The notes: a model not told the origin generated them from the sequence alone. Shown: positions 29,618 through 40,793, counted from the stretch's first letter. The stretch is 64,000 nucleotides of DNA from an uncultured Verrucomicrobiae bacterium (GCA_963707025.1 CAVPOM010000018.1:192001-256000); one strand, 5' to 3'. Made by a program: numbers and translations.

Positions 29618-30478
29618 TCAGCCGGCCAGGCCGGACAGATAAGCGAGGATCAATCGGGGCAGATCGTCGCTGTAGCCGCCTTCCAGAACGCTGAAGGACG
29701 GAACCGCCAGCCGGCGCACGGTTTGACCCAGCCAATGAAAGTCCTCCTCTTCCAGGGTGCCCTCGGCCAGGGGATCGCCGCGATAGGCGTCGAAGCCGGC
29801 GGAAACGGCCACCAGGCCGGGCTGGTATTTTTTCAGCCGGGCCACGGCCTTTTCCAAAATGGCGCGGTACTCCGGGCGCGGGGTCCCAGGCGGGACTGGG
29901 AAATTGAAACAATTGCCGCCGCGATCGGCCTGGCCGGAGCCGGGATAGCAGGGATGCTGGTGGATGGAAAGGAAGGCGCAACCGGGTTGGTCAAGAAGAA
30001 TATCTTCCGTGCCGTTGCCGTGGTGGACATCAAAATCGAAGACGGCCACGCGCTGGCAGCCGGCGGCGCGGGCCTCCAGGGCGGCGATGGCGATGGAGTT
30101 GAGGTAGCAAAAGCCCATGGCGCGGTCCCGGGTGGCGTGGTGGCCGGGCGGACGCATCAGGCTGAAGGCCATCTCGCCCGCGCGGGCCGATTGCAGGGCT
30201 TGCAAAGCGCCGCCCACGGCGCGGCGGGCGTGGGCGGCAATTTGGGGATAAGCAGGGGTGTCGGCATCAATGTCGAATGGGATGTCCAGCCGCTGGAGGT
30301 GTTCCGGGGAGTGGGCGCGGAGGAGGGAGGCTTCCTCGACGGGAAGCGGTTCGCCCCAGGCCAGGCGGAGCGCGTCCTGGGATTTGAGGGCAGCAAGGGC
30401 GGCGAAGATGCGTCCGGGGCCTTCGGGATGGCCGGGGGCCGAGAATTCGGCGCAACGTATGTCAGTTATAATTTTCAT
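29618..30478 (-). CDS. Histone deacetylase family protein
   Basis: HPE.P.R, RPPGHHA, GFC, DFDVHHGNGT, SAGFD, LEGGY; start at the MKIITD ATG. Confidence 0.93.
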   Translation of the reverse strand: MKIITDIRCAEFSAPGHPEGPGRIFAALAALKSQDALRLAWGEPLPVEEASLLRAHSPEHLQRLDIPFDIDADTPAYPQIAAHARRAVGGALQALQSARAGEMAFSLMRPPGHHATRDRAMGFCYLNSIAIAALEARAAGCQRVAVFDFDVHHGNGTEDILLDQPGCAFLSIHQHPCYPGSGQADRGGNCFNFPVPPGTPRPEYRAILEKAVARLKKYQPGLVAVSAGFDAYRGDPLAEGTLEEEDFHWLGQTVRRLAVPSFSVLEGGYSDDLPRLILAYLSGLAG

Positions 30479-30479
30479 G

Positions 30480-31370
30480 TTACAAAAGGCCGGCGTCTTG
30501 CAGGCGCTGGATCTCGGCGGTGTAGCCCTGGCGGAAGGTGGGATAACGGAAGGAATAGCCCAGCTCCATTTTGAGCTTGCGATTGAGAACTTTTTTGTTG
30601 GTGACGCCGCGCTTGGCGGCGGAGGCGGCGGATTCGGGGACGAAAGGGGGCATGTTCCTGCCCAGGGTCTCGGAGAGCCAGCGGAAGAAATGGATCTGCG
30701 GCACCGGCTCGTCGTCCACCAGATTGTAGATTTCCCCCGGACGGCCGCTTTGCAGGGCGGTGAGGATGGCGCCCATGACATCGTCGCGGTGGATCATGTT
30801 GAGGCAGCGTTCGCCCCGCCCCGGAATGGTCGCCTCGTTTTTCAGGTAGCGGAGGAAGTGATGGCCGCGCCCGGGGCCGTAAATGCCGGCCACGCGCAGG
30901 AGGACGGCGGGAAATTGTATTTCGCGGACGGAATCGAGCAGGAGCTTTTCGGCGGCGAGGAGGATGCGGCCGGTTGGGGTGGCCGGTTGGGCGGGGCTGG
31001 TTTCCTTGACCTGGGAGGCGTCGCTCTGGCCATAGACGCTGGTGCTGCCGGTGTGGATGAATTTTTGGGGCGGGGCCGGGGCCAGCCAGCGGAGCAGATT
31101 GCGGGTGCCTTCGAAATAGACCTCCTGATATTCCTCCGCTCCGCCCCTGGCAGAAGAAATGGTGTTGACAATCCAATCGTAGGGGAGGGGCACCCTGGCC
31201 AGATCGCCGGGCCGGGTGATGTCGGCGGTGATGGGCTGAAGGCCGGCGCTTTGCAGGCTGGCGGCGCCGGCAGCGGAACGGCGGAGGCCGGAGACGGCAT
31301 GGCCCAGGCGGAGGAGTTGGACGCCCAGAGGCAGGCCCACGTAGCCGCAGCCGATGATGAGAACGCGCAC
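30480..31370 (-). CDS. NAD-dependent epimerase/dehydratase (extended SDR, YeeZ-like)
   Basis: LIIGCGYVG, STSVYG, LRVAGIYGPGR, IHRDD; GTG start at 31370. Confidence 0.88.
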   Translation of the reverse strand: MRVLIIGCGYVGLPLGVQLLRLGHAVSGLRRSAAGAASLQSAGLQPITADITRPGDLARVPLPYDWIVNTISSARGGAEEYQEVYFEGTRNLLRWLAPAPPQKFIHTGSTSVYGQSDASQVKETSPAQPATPTGRILLAAEKLLLDSVREIQFPAVLLRVAGIYGPGRGHHFLRYLKNEATIPGRGERCLNMIHRDDVMGAILTALQSGRPGEIYNLVDDEPVPQIHFFRWLSETLGRNMPPFVPESAASAAKRGVTNKKVLNRKLKMELGYSFRYPTFRQGYTAEIQRLQDAGLL

Positions 31371-31380
31371 GGAAGAGTTT

Positions 31381-31414
31381 GAGATTAAGATTAAAATCAG
31401 GATCAAGATTAAGA
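31381..31414. repeat. Degenerate (AGATTA)n hexamer array
   Basis: gagattaagattaaaatcaggatcaagattaaga. Confidence 0.65.
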
Positions 31415-31436
31415 AAGGGGCCGGAGAAGCGCGGGC

Positions 31437-33065
<1,629 letters not shown>

Positions 33066-33092
33066 TTAATTTCTAGATAAAGCACGCACATT

Positions 33093-33320
33093 TCAACGCC
33101 AATTCAAGAAATCATCGGCTGCGAAACCCGCCTGTTTCAGTATTTGCAAGGCCAAGCCGCGGCCAATGTCATATCCGGTGTGAACCGGAACCGAAACGGT
33201 TTGGCCCGTCGCCGGATTCCGAAGAATCACGTGGCTGCCGCGTTGGCGGTCAAGCATGAAACCATGCGTCTTGAGAAACTTGACCAATTCCGTCGCCCGT
33301 ATAGTCGGGAACCGGCTCAT
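33093..33320 (-). CDS. hicA: HicA family toxin
   Basis: L...GF...RQRGSHVIL, VSVPVH, G....ILKQAG. Confidence 0.9.
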   Translation of the reverse strand: MSRFPTIRATELVKFLKTHGFMLDRQRGSHVILRNPATGQTVSVPVHTGYDIGRGLALQILKQAGFAADDFLNWR

Positions 33321-33559
33321 GCAGGCGCCAGCAGCGCGACCCTTCCCACCTGAACGGCTTTGCGCGGTCTGGGGATTTCCTCACCATGAGCTATGAGGCT
33401 TTCCAGATAAAGTTCCATGGCTTCGCGGATGTTGCGCTTGGCTTCCGCAGCCGTCCCGCCGTTGGAGACGCAGCCCGGCAGAGCCGGACAGTGAACTGAA
33501 AAACCAGCCTTGGGATCTTCTTCGCGTTCGATCACAATTTCGTATGTCAGCCGTTTCAT
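33317..33559 (-). CDS. hicB: HicB family antitoxin (short form)
   Basis: GFSVHCPALPGCVSNG.T..EA..NIREAMELYLE; ATGA overlap with hicA. Confidence 0.9.
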   Translation of the reverse strand: MKRLTYEIVIEREEDPKAGFSVHCPALPGCVSNGGTAAEAKRNIREAMELYLESLIAHGEEIPRPRKAVQVGRVALLAPA

Positions 33560-33570
33560 AAAGTTAGAAT

Positions 33571-34305
33571 CTAACCTCTTCTTAACAATTTTTCCACCCG
33601 CGGCACGTCCGCCGGCACATCCACGCCAACGCTGTCATAGTTGACCCTGACCACGGCGATGGGAATGCCGTTTTCCAGGGCGCGCAGTTGTTCGAGTTTC
33701 TCGGCTTGTTCCAGCGGAGAAACCGGCCAGGCCACCAGGCGCAACAACGTCTCGCGCCGGTAGCCATAAAGGCCCAAATGTTTCAAAAACGGAAACGCCG
33801 CCAACGGCTCGGCACCGGGAGCGGCGTCTCGCACATAGGGAATCGTGCGCCGGGAGAAATATAAGGCCCGGCCGGCGGCGTTGACAACGACTTTTACAAC
33901 GTTGGGATCGGCGTATTCGGCCGGGTCGGTCAGGGCCGTGGCGGCGGTGGACATTTCCGCGCGCTCCAAAGCGCGGGCGACCGCGTCCACCACGGCGGGG
34001 TCCAGGAGCGGTTCGTCGCCCTGGATGTTCAAGACGGCGTCGCACGGGTAATGGCGCGCCACTTCGGCGACGCGGTCGGTGCCGCTGGCGTGATCCAGGG
34101 CGGTCATCTCGGCGCGGCAAAAATTCTGCGCGACCTCCCAAATGCGGGTGTCGTCGGTGGCGACGATGACTTCGGCCAGGGATTGGGCGCTCTGGCAGCG
34201 TTCGACGACATGCTGGATGAGGGTCTTGCCAGCGATGCGGGCGAGCGGTTTGCCGGGAAACCGGGAGGAGGCGTAGCGGGCCGGGATGATGCCGATAATT
34301 TTCAC
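33571..34305 (-). CDS. kdsB: 3-deoxy-manno-octulosonate cytidylyltransferase
   Basis: IIPARYASSRFPGKPL, SGTDR, NIQGDEP, ALYFSR, EKLEQLRALE; GTG start at 34305. Confidence 0.96.
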   Translation of the reverse strand: MKIIGIIPARYASSRFPGKPLARIAGKTLIQHVVERCQSAQSLAEVIVATDDTRIWEVAQNFCRAEMTALDHASGTDRVAEVARHYPCDAVLNIQGDEPLLDPAVVDAVARALERAEMSTAATALTDPAEYADPNVVKVVVNAAGRALYFSRRTIPYVRDAAPGAEPLAAFPFLKHLGLYGYRRETLLRLVAWPVSPLEQAEKLEQLRALENGIPIAVVRVNYDSVGVDVPADVPRVEKLLRRG

Positions 34306-34520
34306 GGAGAACAGGAGTTGAGCCGGCCCAATTTCAATGTCATCCGCAAAGTGTAGGGAGAGACAGGGAAATGCAAAATGAAAAAGCAAACCCTTCGGCC
34401 GGGTTGGGCGGAACGGAGGTGCAATGAGTCGGAAATCAGTTATAGGGATGCGGGGGGGCGCTGATCTGCGGTCCCTGGAGCACGCTCATGTGGGCGATGA
34501 TCCAATTGAAGTCGCGCGGG

Positions 34521-35309
34521 TCATCCGAGAACGTCAATGGGCAGGTTGGCGGCGTCGGGGAGCGAGGGCGGCATGGTGCTGGGGCATTTCCAGCGGTAGA
34601 TTTCCAGGTGCCCGTCGGCGTAGGAGAAAGTGGCCCCGCCATGGTGCCAGGAGGCCGGCAGCCGGAGCCATTCCGGATAAGAGTTGCGGTTGACGAAGTA
34701 GCCGTCGGAGATGCTGTCGGGGTGCTCGTCGAGAAAGACGAAGATGCGGGCGGGCACGGGCATGGCGGTGAGCTTGAAGAATTGGACGAGGCCCGGATTA
34801 TTAGTATTGACCCCAGACTGGGTAACGACGCCCACGTCCCCCACCGAGGCGTTCATGGAATAACTGCGCACCCGGCTGCTCCAGCCCGCCGCGCGTTGCA
34901 GCGGGCTGAGGACGGAGTCCGAAGGGCAGAGATAGGGTGTGGTGGCGTTGGCGACATAAGAGCCCAGGGCGGATTGGGAGAGGTCGGCGAGGTTGGTGTT
35001 GTCGGGGGTCAACTCCCAGTCCAGCGTGCCGGCCGCCCAATTGATGTTGGTGCGGGCGGCCGCGTCGGCCAGATTATAGGCCAGGCGCTGAGAGTGGTCG
35101 TCGGCATACATCAGCCAGGCGGTGACCAGTTGTTTATTGTTGTTCTGGCAGAAAAGGCCCCGCGCCTTGGCTTTGCTGCCGGCCAGGGCGGTCAAAAGCA
35201 AAGCGGCCAAAATGCCGATGACAGCCACCACCACCAGTAACTCGACGAGGGTGAAACCACCGCGCTGGGAGAGGTTGACCGGTTGTGGAACAGGAACAGG
35301 GCCACGCAT
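34521..35309 (-). CDS. Prepilin-type cleavage/methylation protein with H-X9-DG domain
   Basis: GFTLVELLVVVAVIGILAALL; C.NN.KQ; CPSD; RSYSMN; HHGGATFSYADGH. Confidence 0.9.
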   Translation of the reverse strand: MRGPVPVPQPVNLSQRGGFTLVELLVVVAVIGILAALLLTALAGSKAKARGLFCQNNNKQLVTAWLMYADDHSQRLAYNLADAAARTNINWAAGTLDWELTPDNTNLADLSQSALGSYVANATTPYLCPSDSVLSPLQRAAGWSSRVRSYSMNASVGDVGVVTQSGVNTNNPGLVQFFKLTAMPVPARIFVFLDEHPDSISDGYFVNRNSYPEWLRLPASWHHGGATFSYADGHLEIYRWKCPSTMPPSLPDAANLPIDVLG

Positions 35310-35353
35310 GGGACATTCAGATACAGTTGAACTCTAGCAGCAAACGCCGGAAA

Positions 35354-37297
35354 TTACCAGTCCTTTATTTTGCCCTGGACGGTCTTGGCGGGCTGATTTT
35401 CCGGAGAGAAAACCAGCACCTTCTCGTCGTCTTTTTGCGCGTCCAGCATCTGCCGGGCCTGCTGCAGGGACATTGGGGCGGAGAGGGCGGATGCGGTTTG
35501 CTGGTTTTGGCCGGGTTCCTTGCCGCGCTGGCCGTCCTGGCCTGCCTTGGCCTGGTCGGATTTGTTTGGCTGGTCCTTGTTCGGTTGCGGCTGGGCCTGG
35601 TTTGGCTGATCTTTCTTGTCCTGCTGATCCTGCCGGGCGGATTTCTGTTGCTGGTCTTGCTGGTTTTTCTGGTCCTGGTCCTTTTGGTTCTGCGGCTGCT
35701 GCTGGTCCTGTTTCTTTTGGTCCTGGTTTTTGTCGTCGTCCTGCTGGTTTTTCTGCTGTTGCTGCTGCTGCTGCTGCTGCTGGAGATCCTCCAATTTCTT
35801 TTTGACATACGCGAGGTTGTTGCGCGCGTCCAGGTCGTTGGTGTTGAGGCGCAGGGCGCGGGAGTAATTGGCGATGGACTGCTCCCAGCGCTCCTGCTTT
35901 TTCTGCGGGTCGGCGGCCGGCTCGCCCAGATGGTAGAGGGTGTTGCCCAGGTTGAAATAGGCGTGCTCCTGGGCTGCCAGGTCGGAAACGATCTCCGGGG
36001 AGTTGAGCGCCGCCCCCAATTGCTGCTCCGCCGCCTCCAGCTCCTTGGCGCGGTAGGCCGAGGTGCCGGCGTTGTAGTGGAGGCGGTAATCGTTGGTTTT
36101 CTCGCCGGCCAGGCGGTTGTATTCCTCGAAGGCCGCCTTGAAATCGCCGGATTGGTATTCATGGAACGCGCCCGGCCCGGAAGCCTGGCTTGGGGCCGCA
36201 ACCAGCAGCGCGCACCAGATCACCAGCGCCTTCTGCCAGCCGGCCTTGGCGGCGGCGCGGGCGGTTTCGGCGCGGCGCGGCCGCGGGCCTTCCGGCAGCA
36301 ACATTTCGGCGGCGAGGCAGAGGACGGCAAATCCCAGGAACCAATGATACTGCTCGCGCGGAACGAGCGCCAGGCGGGAAGTGGCTTCGGATTTGGGCAG
36401 CGGCGCCAGGCCCTGGCGGTACAGGATTTCCATCGGGCTGGCTCCGCGCAAGGGCAGATAGAATCCTTCGGTGGCCGTGGCAATCTTCCTGAGCAACTCT
36501 TCGTTCAGGTGCGATTTGACCACGTTGCCGTCCTCATCCTTGATGAAGGAAGTGTTGCCGTGCTCGTCGGTCACCTGCAACAATTCCCCTTCGGCCGTGC
36601 CCACGCCCACCGTGAAAATGCGCAGTCCCGCCTCGGCCGCCTCCTGCGCCGCTCCCATGGTTTCGGCGTCCTCGTCGTGGTCCTCCCCGTCGGTGAACAG
36701 GACGAGGACCTTGTGATTGTTGTTGCCCTTGGCGAAGGCGCCGATGGCGGTGCGAATGGCTTGGGAAAGGGCGGTGCCGCCTTGCGGGATGACCCCTACG
36801 TTGAGCGCCTGCAAGCTTTGGCGGAAGGCCTCGTCGTCCAGGGTCAGGGGACATTGCAGAAAGGCGGCGCCGGCGAAGGCGACCAGGCCGAGGCGGTCGT
36901 CCCCGGCCAGGCGGAACAAGTCAAAGGCGGCCAGCTTGGCCTTTTCGAGACGGTTGGGCGGCACGTCCCTGGCCAGCATGCTGCGCGAAGTATCCACCGC
37001 CACGACGATGTCCAGGCCGCGCTGCCGGGCCTCTTCCCAAGTGGATCCCCAGCGTGGCCCGGCCAGGGCGGCCAGCACGCCGGCCAAGGCCGCCAGCAGC
37101 AGGGCCAGGCGCAACTTCTGGCGGGCCGCGGACAGGCCGACAGTCAGGGTGGAGAACAGGCGCGCCTGCACAAACTGGCGGATGAGCCTTTGCTTGACGC
37201 GCCACGACCAGTAAAAAGCGGCGGCGGCCAGAGGCAGGGCCAGCAGCAGAATCCAAAGGAATTCGGGTTTGGCGAAATGACTGGCAAATTCTTTCAC
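35354..37297 (-). CDS. BatB/BatC-like fusion: VWA domain, TPR repeats and Q/K/D-rich tail
   Basis: DTSRSMLARD..PNRL, PLTLD, TDGED, YNAG/YFNLGN TPRs, terminal KDW. Confidence 0.88.
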   Translation of the reverse strand: MKEFASHFAKPEFLWILLLALPLAAAAFYWSWRVKQRLIRQFVQARLFSTLTVGLSAARQKLRLALLLAALAGVLAALAGPRWGSTWEEARQRGLDIVVAVDTSRSMLARDVPPNRLEKAKLAAFDLFRLAGDDRLGLVAFAGAAFLQCPLTLDDEAFRQSLQALNVGVIPQGGTALSQAIRTAIGAFAKGNNNHKVLVLFTDGEDHDEDAETMGAAQEAAEAGLRIFTVGVGTAEGELLQVTDEHGNTSFIKDEDGNVVKSHLNEELLRKIATATEGFYLPLRGASPMEILYRQGLAPLPKSEATSRLALVPREQYHWFLGFAVLCLAAEMLLPEGPRPRRAETARAAAKAGWQKALVIWCALLVAAPSQASGPGAFHEYQSGDFKAAFEEYNRLAGEKTNDYRLHYNAGTSAYRAKELEAAEQQLGAALNSPEIVSDLAAQEHAYFNLGNTLYHLGEPAADPQKKQERWEQSIANYSRALRLNTNDLDARNNLAYVKKKLEDLQQQQQQQQQQKNQQDDDKNQDQKKQDQQQPQNQKDQDQKNQQDQQQKSARQDQQDKKDQPNQAQPQPNKDQPNKSDQAKAGQDGQRGKEPGQNQQTASALSAPMSLQQARQMLDAQKDDEKVLVFSPENQPAKTVQGKIKDW

Positions 37298-38295
37298 GGC
37301 AGTTTCCTCCACACAGTCTGGCTCAAAATGATTTCCAGGAGGAGCAGGCTCAAACCGCCCAGCCCCACCGGCCGGTACAACTCGTCGAAATGCACGTATT
37401 TTTTCACTTCCACCTCGGTTTTTTCCATGCTGTCAATCTCCGCATAAATGCGCCGCATGGTGTCGGCGCTGTCGGCGCGGTAATACCTGCCGCCGGTCTT
37501 GTCGGCGATTTTTTGCAGGGTGTCCTCGTCCACGTCCGCCGCCATGAGCCGGGTCGTCATCTGGCCGGTGTAGGGATCCGGGACGGGCATGGGGGCCATG
37601 CCGCGCAGGCCGATGCCAATGGTATAGACCTTGACCTTCAAGGTTTGCGCCACATCCGCCGCGGTCAATGGTGGAACTTTGCCGGAGTTGTTCTGGCCAT
37701 CGGTCATGAGGATGATGATCTTGCTTTTGGATTGGATGTCGCGCAAGCGGTTCAAGGCCGCCATCAGGGCCGAGCCGATGGCCGTGTGGTTCTTATCTAT
37801 CACCCCCAGTTGCAGCCGGGCCAGGTTGGTCTGCAAAAAATCGTGGTCCAGGGTCAACGGCGAGGCGGTGAAGGCCTCGGTGGCGAAGGCGACCAGGCCG
37901 ATGCGGTCGTTGGGTCGGCCGTCTATGAATTTGGACAGGACTTTCCTGGCCATATCAATGCGGTTGACGCGCTGGCCTCCTTCCACAAAATCCAAGGAGG
38001 CCATGCTGCCGGAAAGATCTATGGCCACCACAATATCAATGCCGCTGGCTTTGATTTGAGTCTCGCCCTTGACCAGACGCGGCTGTGCCAGCGCCACGAC
38101 AAAGACGGCCAGGGCCAGCCAGCGCAGGCCGGCCAAAATGCGGCCCGCCCACGATTTGTTCAGGCCGGAAATGGGACGGACCAAATCCACCGAGGAATAA
38201 AGGAAGGAGGCGTTTCGCCCCCACTTGCCTTTGAGCCAGGCCAGCACCGGCAGGAGCATCAACCACAACAGAACGGCTGGGTGGGCGAAGGTCAT
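37294..38295 (-). CDS. batA: BatA-like VWA domain protein
   Basis: MTFAHP..L, LAQPR, DLSGSM MIDAS, DRIGLVAF, TDGQNNSG, TGGRYYRA. Confidence 0.9.
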   Translation of the reverse strand: MTFAHPAVLLWLMLLPVLAWLKGKWGRNASFLYSSVDLVRPISGLNKSWAGRILAGLRWLALAVFVVALAQPRLVKGETQIKASGIDIVVAIDLSGSMASLDFVEGGQRVNRIDMARKVLSKFIDGRPNDRIGLVAFATEAFTASPLTLDHDFLQTNLARLQLGVIDKNHTAIGSALMAALNRLRDIQSKSKIIILMTDGQNNSGKVPPLTAADVAQTLKVKVYTIGIGLRGMAPMPVPDPYTGQMTTRLMAADVDEDTLQKIADKTGGRYYRADSADTMRRIYAEIDSMEKTEVEVKKYVHFDELYRPVGLGGLSLLLLEIILSQTVWRKLP

Positions 38296-38987
38296 GGGAG
38301 TTGCTCCTTCGCTAAAGCTGCCTCCTTCGCCAAGCCTGCCGAGGACGGGGCGGAGGACAGGGCTGACGGGGGAAGAGGCGCGGGCGGACCGCCGGGCCGG
38401 AGGCTGGGCAGGGGCGGCGGGACGTGGGCCGGAACCGGGCGCGGCTCAGTTTCATTGACGAGGCGGAGGGCCGACTGGTAAAGACCGCGCAATTCCATTT
38501 CGGCCGGTTCGTATTTGGCAAATTTAATCAGGTCACAACTGGCCAGAAATTCCCCCAGGCTGCGCTTTTGGTCGCGGGTGAGGAGGAAGCTGCTTTGCAA
38601 CTCGCAGAGGAACTCATCGGTCGTGCGCTCCGGGGCGCGGAAGTTGAACCGCTCCTCCAAGTACTCGCGAATCGCGCCGGAAACCAGGATGGAAAACGGC
38701 TTGGGCTCACTGAGCATGGCCAGGGCCTGCTCCAGCTTGCGCCGGGCGCGGACGTGCGGCGGAATGGGCGGGGGCGCCAACACCGGCTGCTTGCGCCACC
38801 ATCGCCAGGCAAAATAAAGAGCGGTCAGCAGCGCCAGAATCACCACCGCCCAGAGAACCCAGGCCCAGGTGTTGGGAATATAAATCAGGGGCTTGGGCAA
38901 CTCCTGAAAAGCGGGCGCGGCCGCCGCGCCGTTGGTGGCGGGCGATGGGGCGGGAACGATCAGCGCCGATGAATTGGTGATGAGCAT
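38292..38987 (-). CDS. Bat-operon single-TM hypothetical protein
   Basis: TM helix, IREYLEERF...A.E.TTDE, CDLIKFAKY; position between DUF58 and batA. Confidence 0.8.
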   Translation of the reverse strand: MLITNSSALIVPAPSPATNGAAAAPAFQELPKPLIYIPNTWAWVLWAVVILALLTALYFAWRWWRKQPVLAPPPIPPHVRARRKLEQALAMLSEPKPFSILVSGAIREYLEERFNFRAPERTTDEFLCELQSSFLLTRDQKRSLGEFLASCDLIKFAKYEPAEMELRGLYQSALRLVNETEPRPVPAHVPPPLPSLRPGGPPAPLPPSALSSAPSSAGLAKEAALAKEQLP

Positions 38988-38995
38988 GCCGGTCC

Positions 38996-39952
38996 TTATC
39001 CGTGGCGGCGCCGTTTTTCGCGCGTTTCAAAAAAATAGCCGAGGGCGGCGGCGTACGGCTGGTCAGTGCGCACTTCAATGGTGTCTATCTTGGCGGAACG
39101 CAGGGCGCGCAGCATGTCTTCCTGGTGGCGGGCGCGCCGTTCGGCAAAGGCGCGCCGCTTGCGCGCGTCGTGGGTGTTGATCTCGACCAACTCGCCCGTT
39201 TCGGCGTCGGTCAACAGCAGCCGGCCCAGGGGCGGCAATTCCATTTCGAAACGGTCCACCACCTGGATGGCGATGACGTCGTGGCGCCGGTTGGTCTGGC
39301 GCAAGGCGGGCAGGGAGCCGGATCCGAGCGTGGGCGAAAGCAAATAGCCTCCGGGCCGCTGGCGGGCGGCTTCTCCGGCCGGCGGGCGTGGCTCGAAGAG
39401 AAAATCCGAGATCACCACGACAATGGCGTGGCGGCGGGCCAGGCGGTTCAAAACATCGAGCGCTTCGCTAAAACGGGTCCCGCGCCGGGCGGGTTGAAAG
39501 AGCAGGATTTCGCGGATCACGCGCAAGACGTGGCGGCGTCCTTTTTTGGGCGGGATATATTTCTCGACCTCCTCGGTGAAAAGAATCAGGCCCACCTTGT
39601 CGTTGTTGCGGATGGCGGAGAAGGCCAGGACGGAGGCGATCTCGGCCGCCAGTTCGCGTTTGGTTTGCGCGCCCGAGCCGAAGATGCCCGAGCCGCTCAG
39701 GTCCACCAGGAGCATGAGGGTCAGCTCCCGTTCCTCCACGTATTTTTTAATGAAGGGATGGTTCATGCGCGCCGTGACGTTCCAATCAATGGAGCGGACT
39801 TCATCGCCGGGCTGGTATTCGCGCACCTCCTCAAAATTCATGCCCTGCCCCTTGAAGACGCTGTGGTACTGGCCGCCCAGGGTCTCGGTGACCAGGCGGG
39901 TGGTGCGCAGCTCGATCTGGCGGATTTTTTTAAGGATGTCGCGCGGGATCAT
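38996..39952 (-). CDS. DUF58 domain protein (MoxR-associated)
   Basis: GQYHSVFKGQGMNFEEVREYQPGDEVRSIDWNVTAR, EERE, DLSGS, ISDF. Confidence 0.95.
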   Translation of the reverse strand: MIPRDILKKIRQIELRTTRLVTETLGGQYHSVFKGQGMNFEEVREYQPGDEVRSIDWNVTARMNHPFIKKYVEERELTLMLLVDLSGSGIFGSGAQTKRELAAEIASVLAFSAIRNNDKVGLILFTEEVEKYIPPKKGRRHVLRVIREILLFQPARRGTRFSEALDVLNRLARRHAIVVVISDFLFEPRPPAGEAARQRPGGYLLSPTLGSGSLPALRQTNRRHDVIAIQVVDRFEMELPPLGRLLLTDAETGELVEINTHDARKRRAFAERRARHQEDMLRALRSAKIDTIEVRTDQPYAAALGYFFETREKRRRHG

Positions 39953-39956
39953 GGGG

Positions 39957-39982
39957 AATTGAGGATTGCGGATTGCGGATTC
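39957..39982. repeat. Heptamer tandem repeat (ATTGCGG-like)
   Basis: aattgaggattgcggattgcggattc; opposite-orientation copy at 46228-46260. Confidence 0.7.
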
Positions 39983-40001
39983 CGCGGGCGAATAACTCTG
40001 C

Positions 40002-40029
40002 TTGCGCGGGCGAATCCGCGCGGTAAATT
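40002..40029 (+). promoter_or_regulatory. Leaderless promoter of TA cassette A
   Basis: TTGCGC-16-TAAATT-6-ATG(40036). Confidence 0.7.
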
Positions 40030-40035
40030 AGGGCC

Positions 40036-40398
40036 ATGAGTGCGACAGAAATTCTTGCAGCAGCGAAGGCGCTTCCGCTCGAAGAGCGAATCGAGATTGC
40101 CCAAGGCTTGTGGGAAGACATTACCAGCAACGGATACGATCCCGATTTGACGCCGGAACAAACAGCGGAACTCGAGCGCCGTCTCGCTGACTTCGAGAAA
40201 AACCCCGGAGCCGGAATTCTCCTGGAGCAAGTCAAAGCCGAGTTGCGGCAACGCTTCCATTTCGATGACCGTTTGTCTCCAGAGCAAATCGCCGAACTTG
40301 ACCGCCGCGCAGAAGACGCATTGAAAAATCCCGGACGCGGAAAACTCGTTGACCAAGTATTTGCTGAAATTGAGGAACGCCTTCGCGCCAAGAAATGA
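40036..40398 (+). CDS. Addiction-module antitoxin (TIGR02574-like) with internally duplicated C-terminal segment
   Basis: LPLEERIEIAQGLWEDI; LTPEQ.AEL.RR motif occurs twice. Confidence 0.85.
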   Translation: MSATEILAAAKALPLEERIEIAQGLWEDITSNGYDPDLTPEQTAELERRLADFEKNPGAGILLEQVKAELRQRFHFDDRLSPEQIAELDRRAEDALKNPGRGKLVDQVFAEIEERLRAKK

Positions 40399-40703
40399 CT
40401 TTGACGGTCATAGTCGAGGCTGACGCTGAACGGGACTGGGATGAGGCCGTGATGTGGAATGATGAGCGCGAACCAGGAATCAGTCATCGGCTCAATGTTG
40501 CGATTCGTGCAGTTCTTCAAACGCTTGCCCGACAGCCAGAACGATTTTCCGGCGCCACCCGGTTGACGCATAAAGCCAAAGTACCGCCGCCGTGGCCTTA
40601 CTCTGTTTATTTCACCATCAACGTGGAACATCGCGAAGTAAAGGTGCTGGCCATCTGGCACGGCGCGCGCAATCCCGCTGAACTGCGCCGGCGGCTGAAA
40701 TGA
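40395..40703 (+). CDS. RelE/ParE family toxin
   Basis: AERD..EA..W......G; PERF; WPYSVYF; VKVLAIWHGARNP; ATGA-coupled to the antitoxin. Confidence 0.88.
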   Translation: MTLTVIVEADAERDWDEAVMWNDEREPGISHRLNVAIRAVLQTLARQPERFSGATRLTHKAKVPPPWPYSVYFTINVEHREVKVLAIWHGARNPAELRRRLK

Positions 40704-40718
40704 AAAGCCCGCAGGCAG

Positions 40719-40781
40719 TTCGGTCGCGATGCGGTTCGTGCGAATCTCGATCTGGCGGATTTTTTTGAGGATTTCGCGGGT
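40719..40781 (-). repeat. Diverged copy of the 5' end of the DUF58 gene (copy 2)
   Basis: Translates TREILKKIRQIEIRTNRIATE versus resident PRDILKKIRQIELRTTRLVTE. Confidence 0.9.
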
Positions 40782-40793
40782 GGAAAACCGTGC

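Noticed and set aside
35480..35790. CAG/CTG-rich low-complexity tract
   Set aside because: Normal Q/K/D-rich linker of BatC-like proteins.
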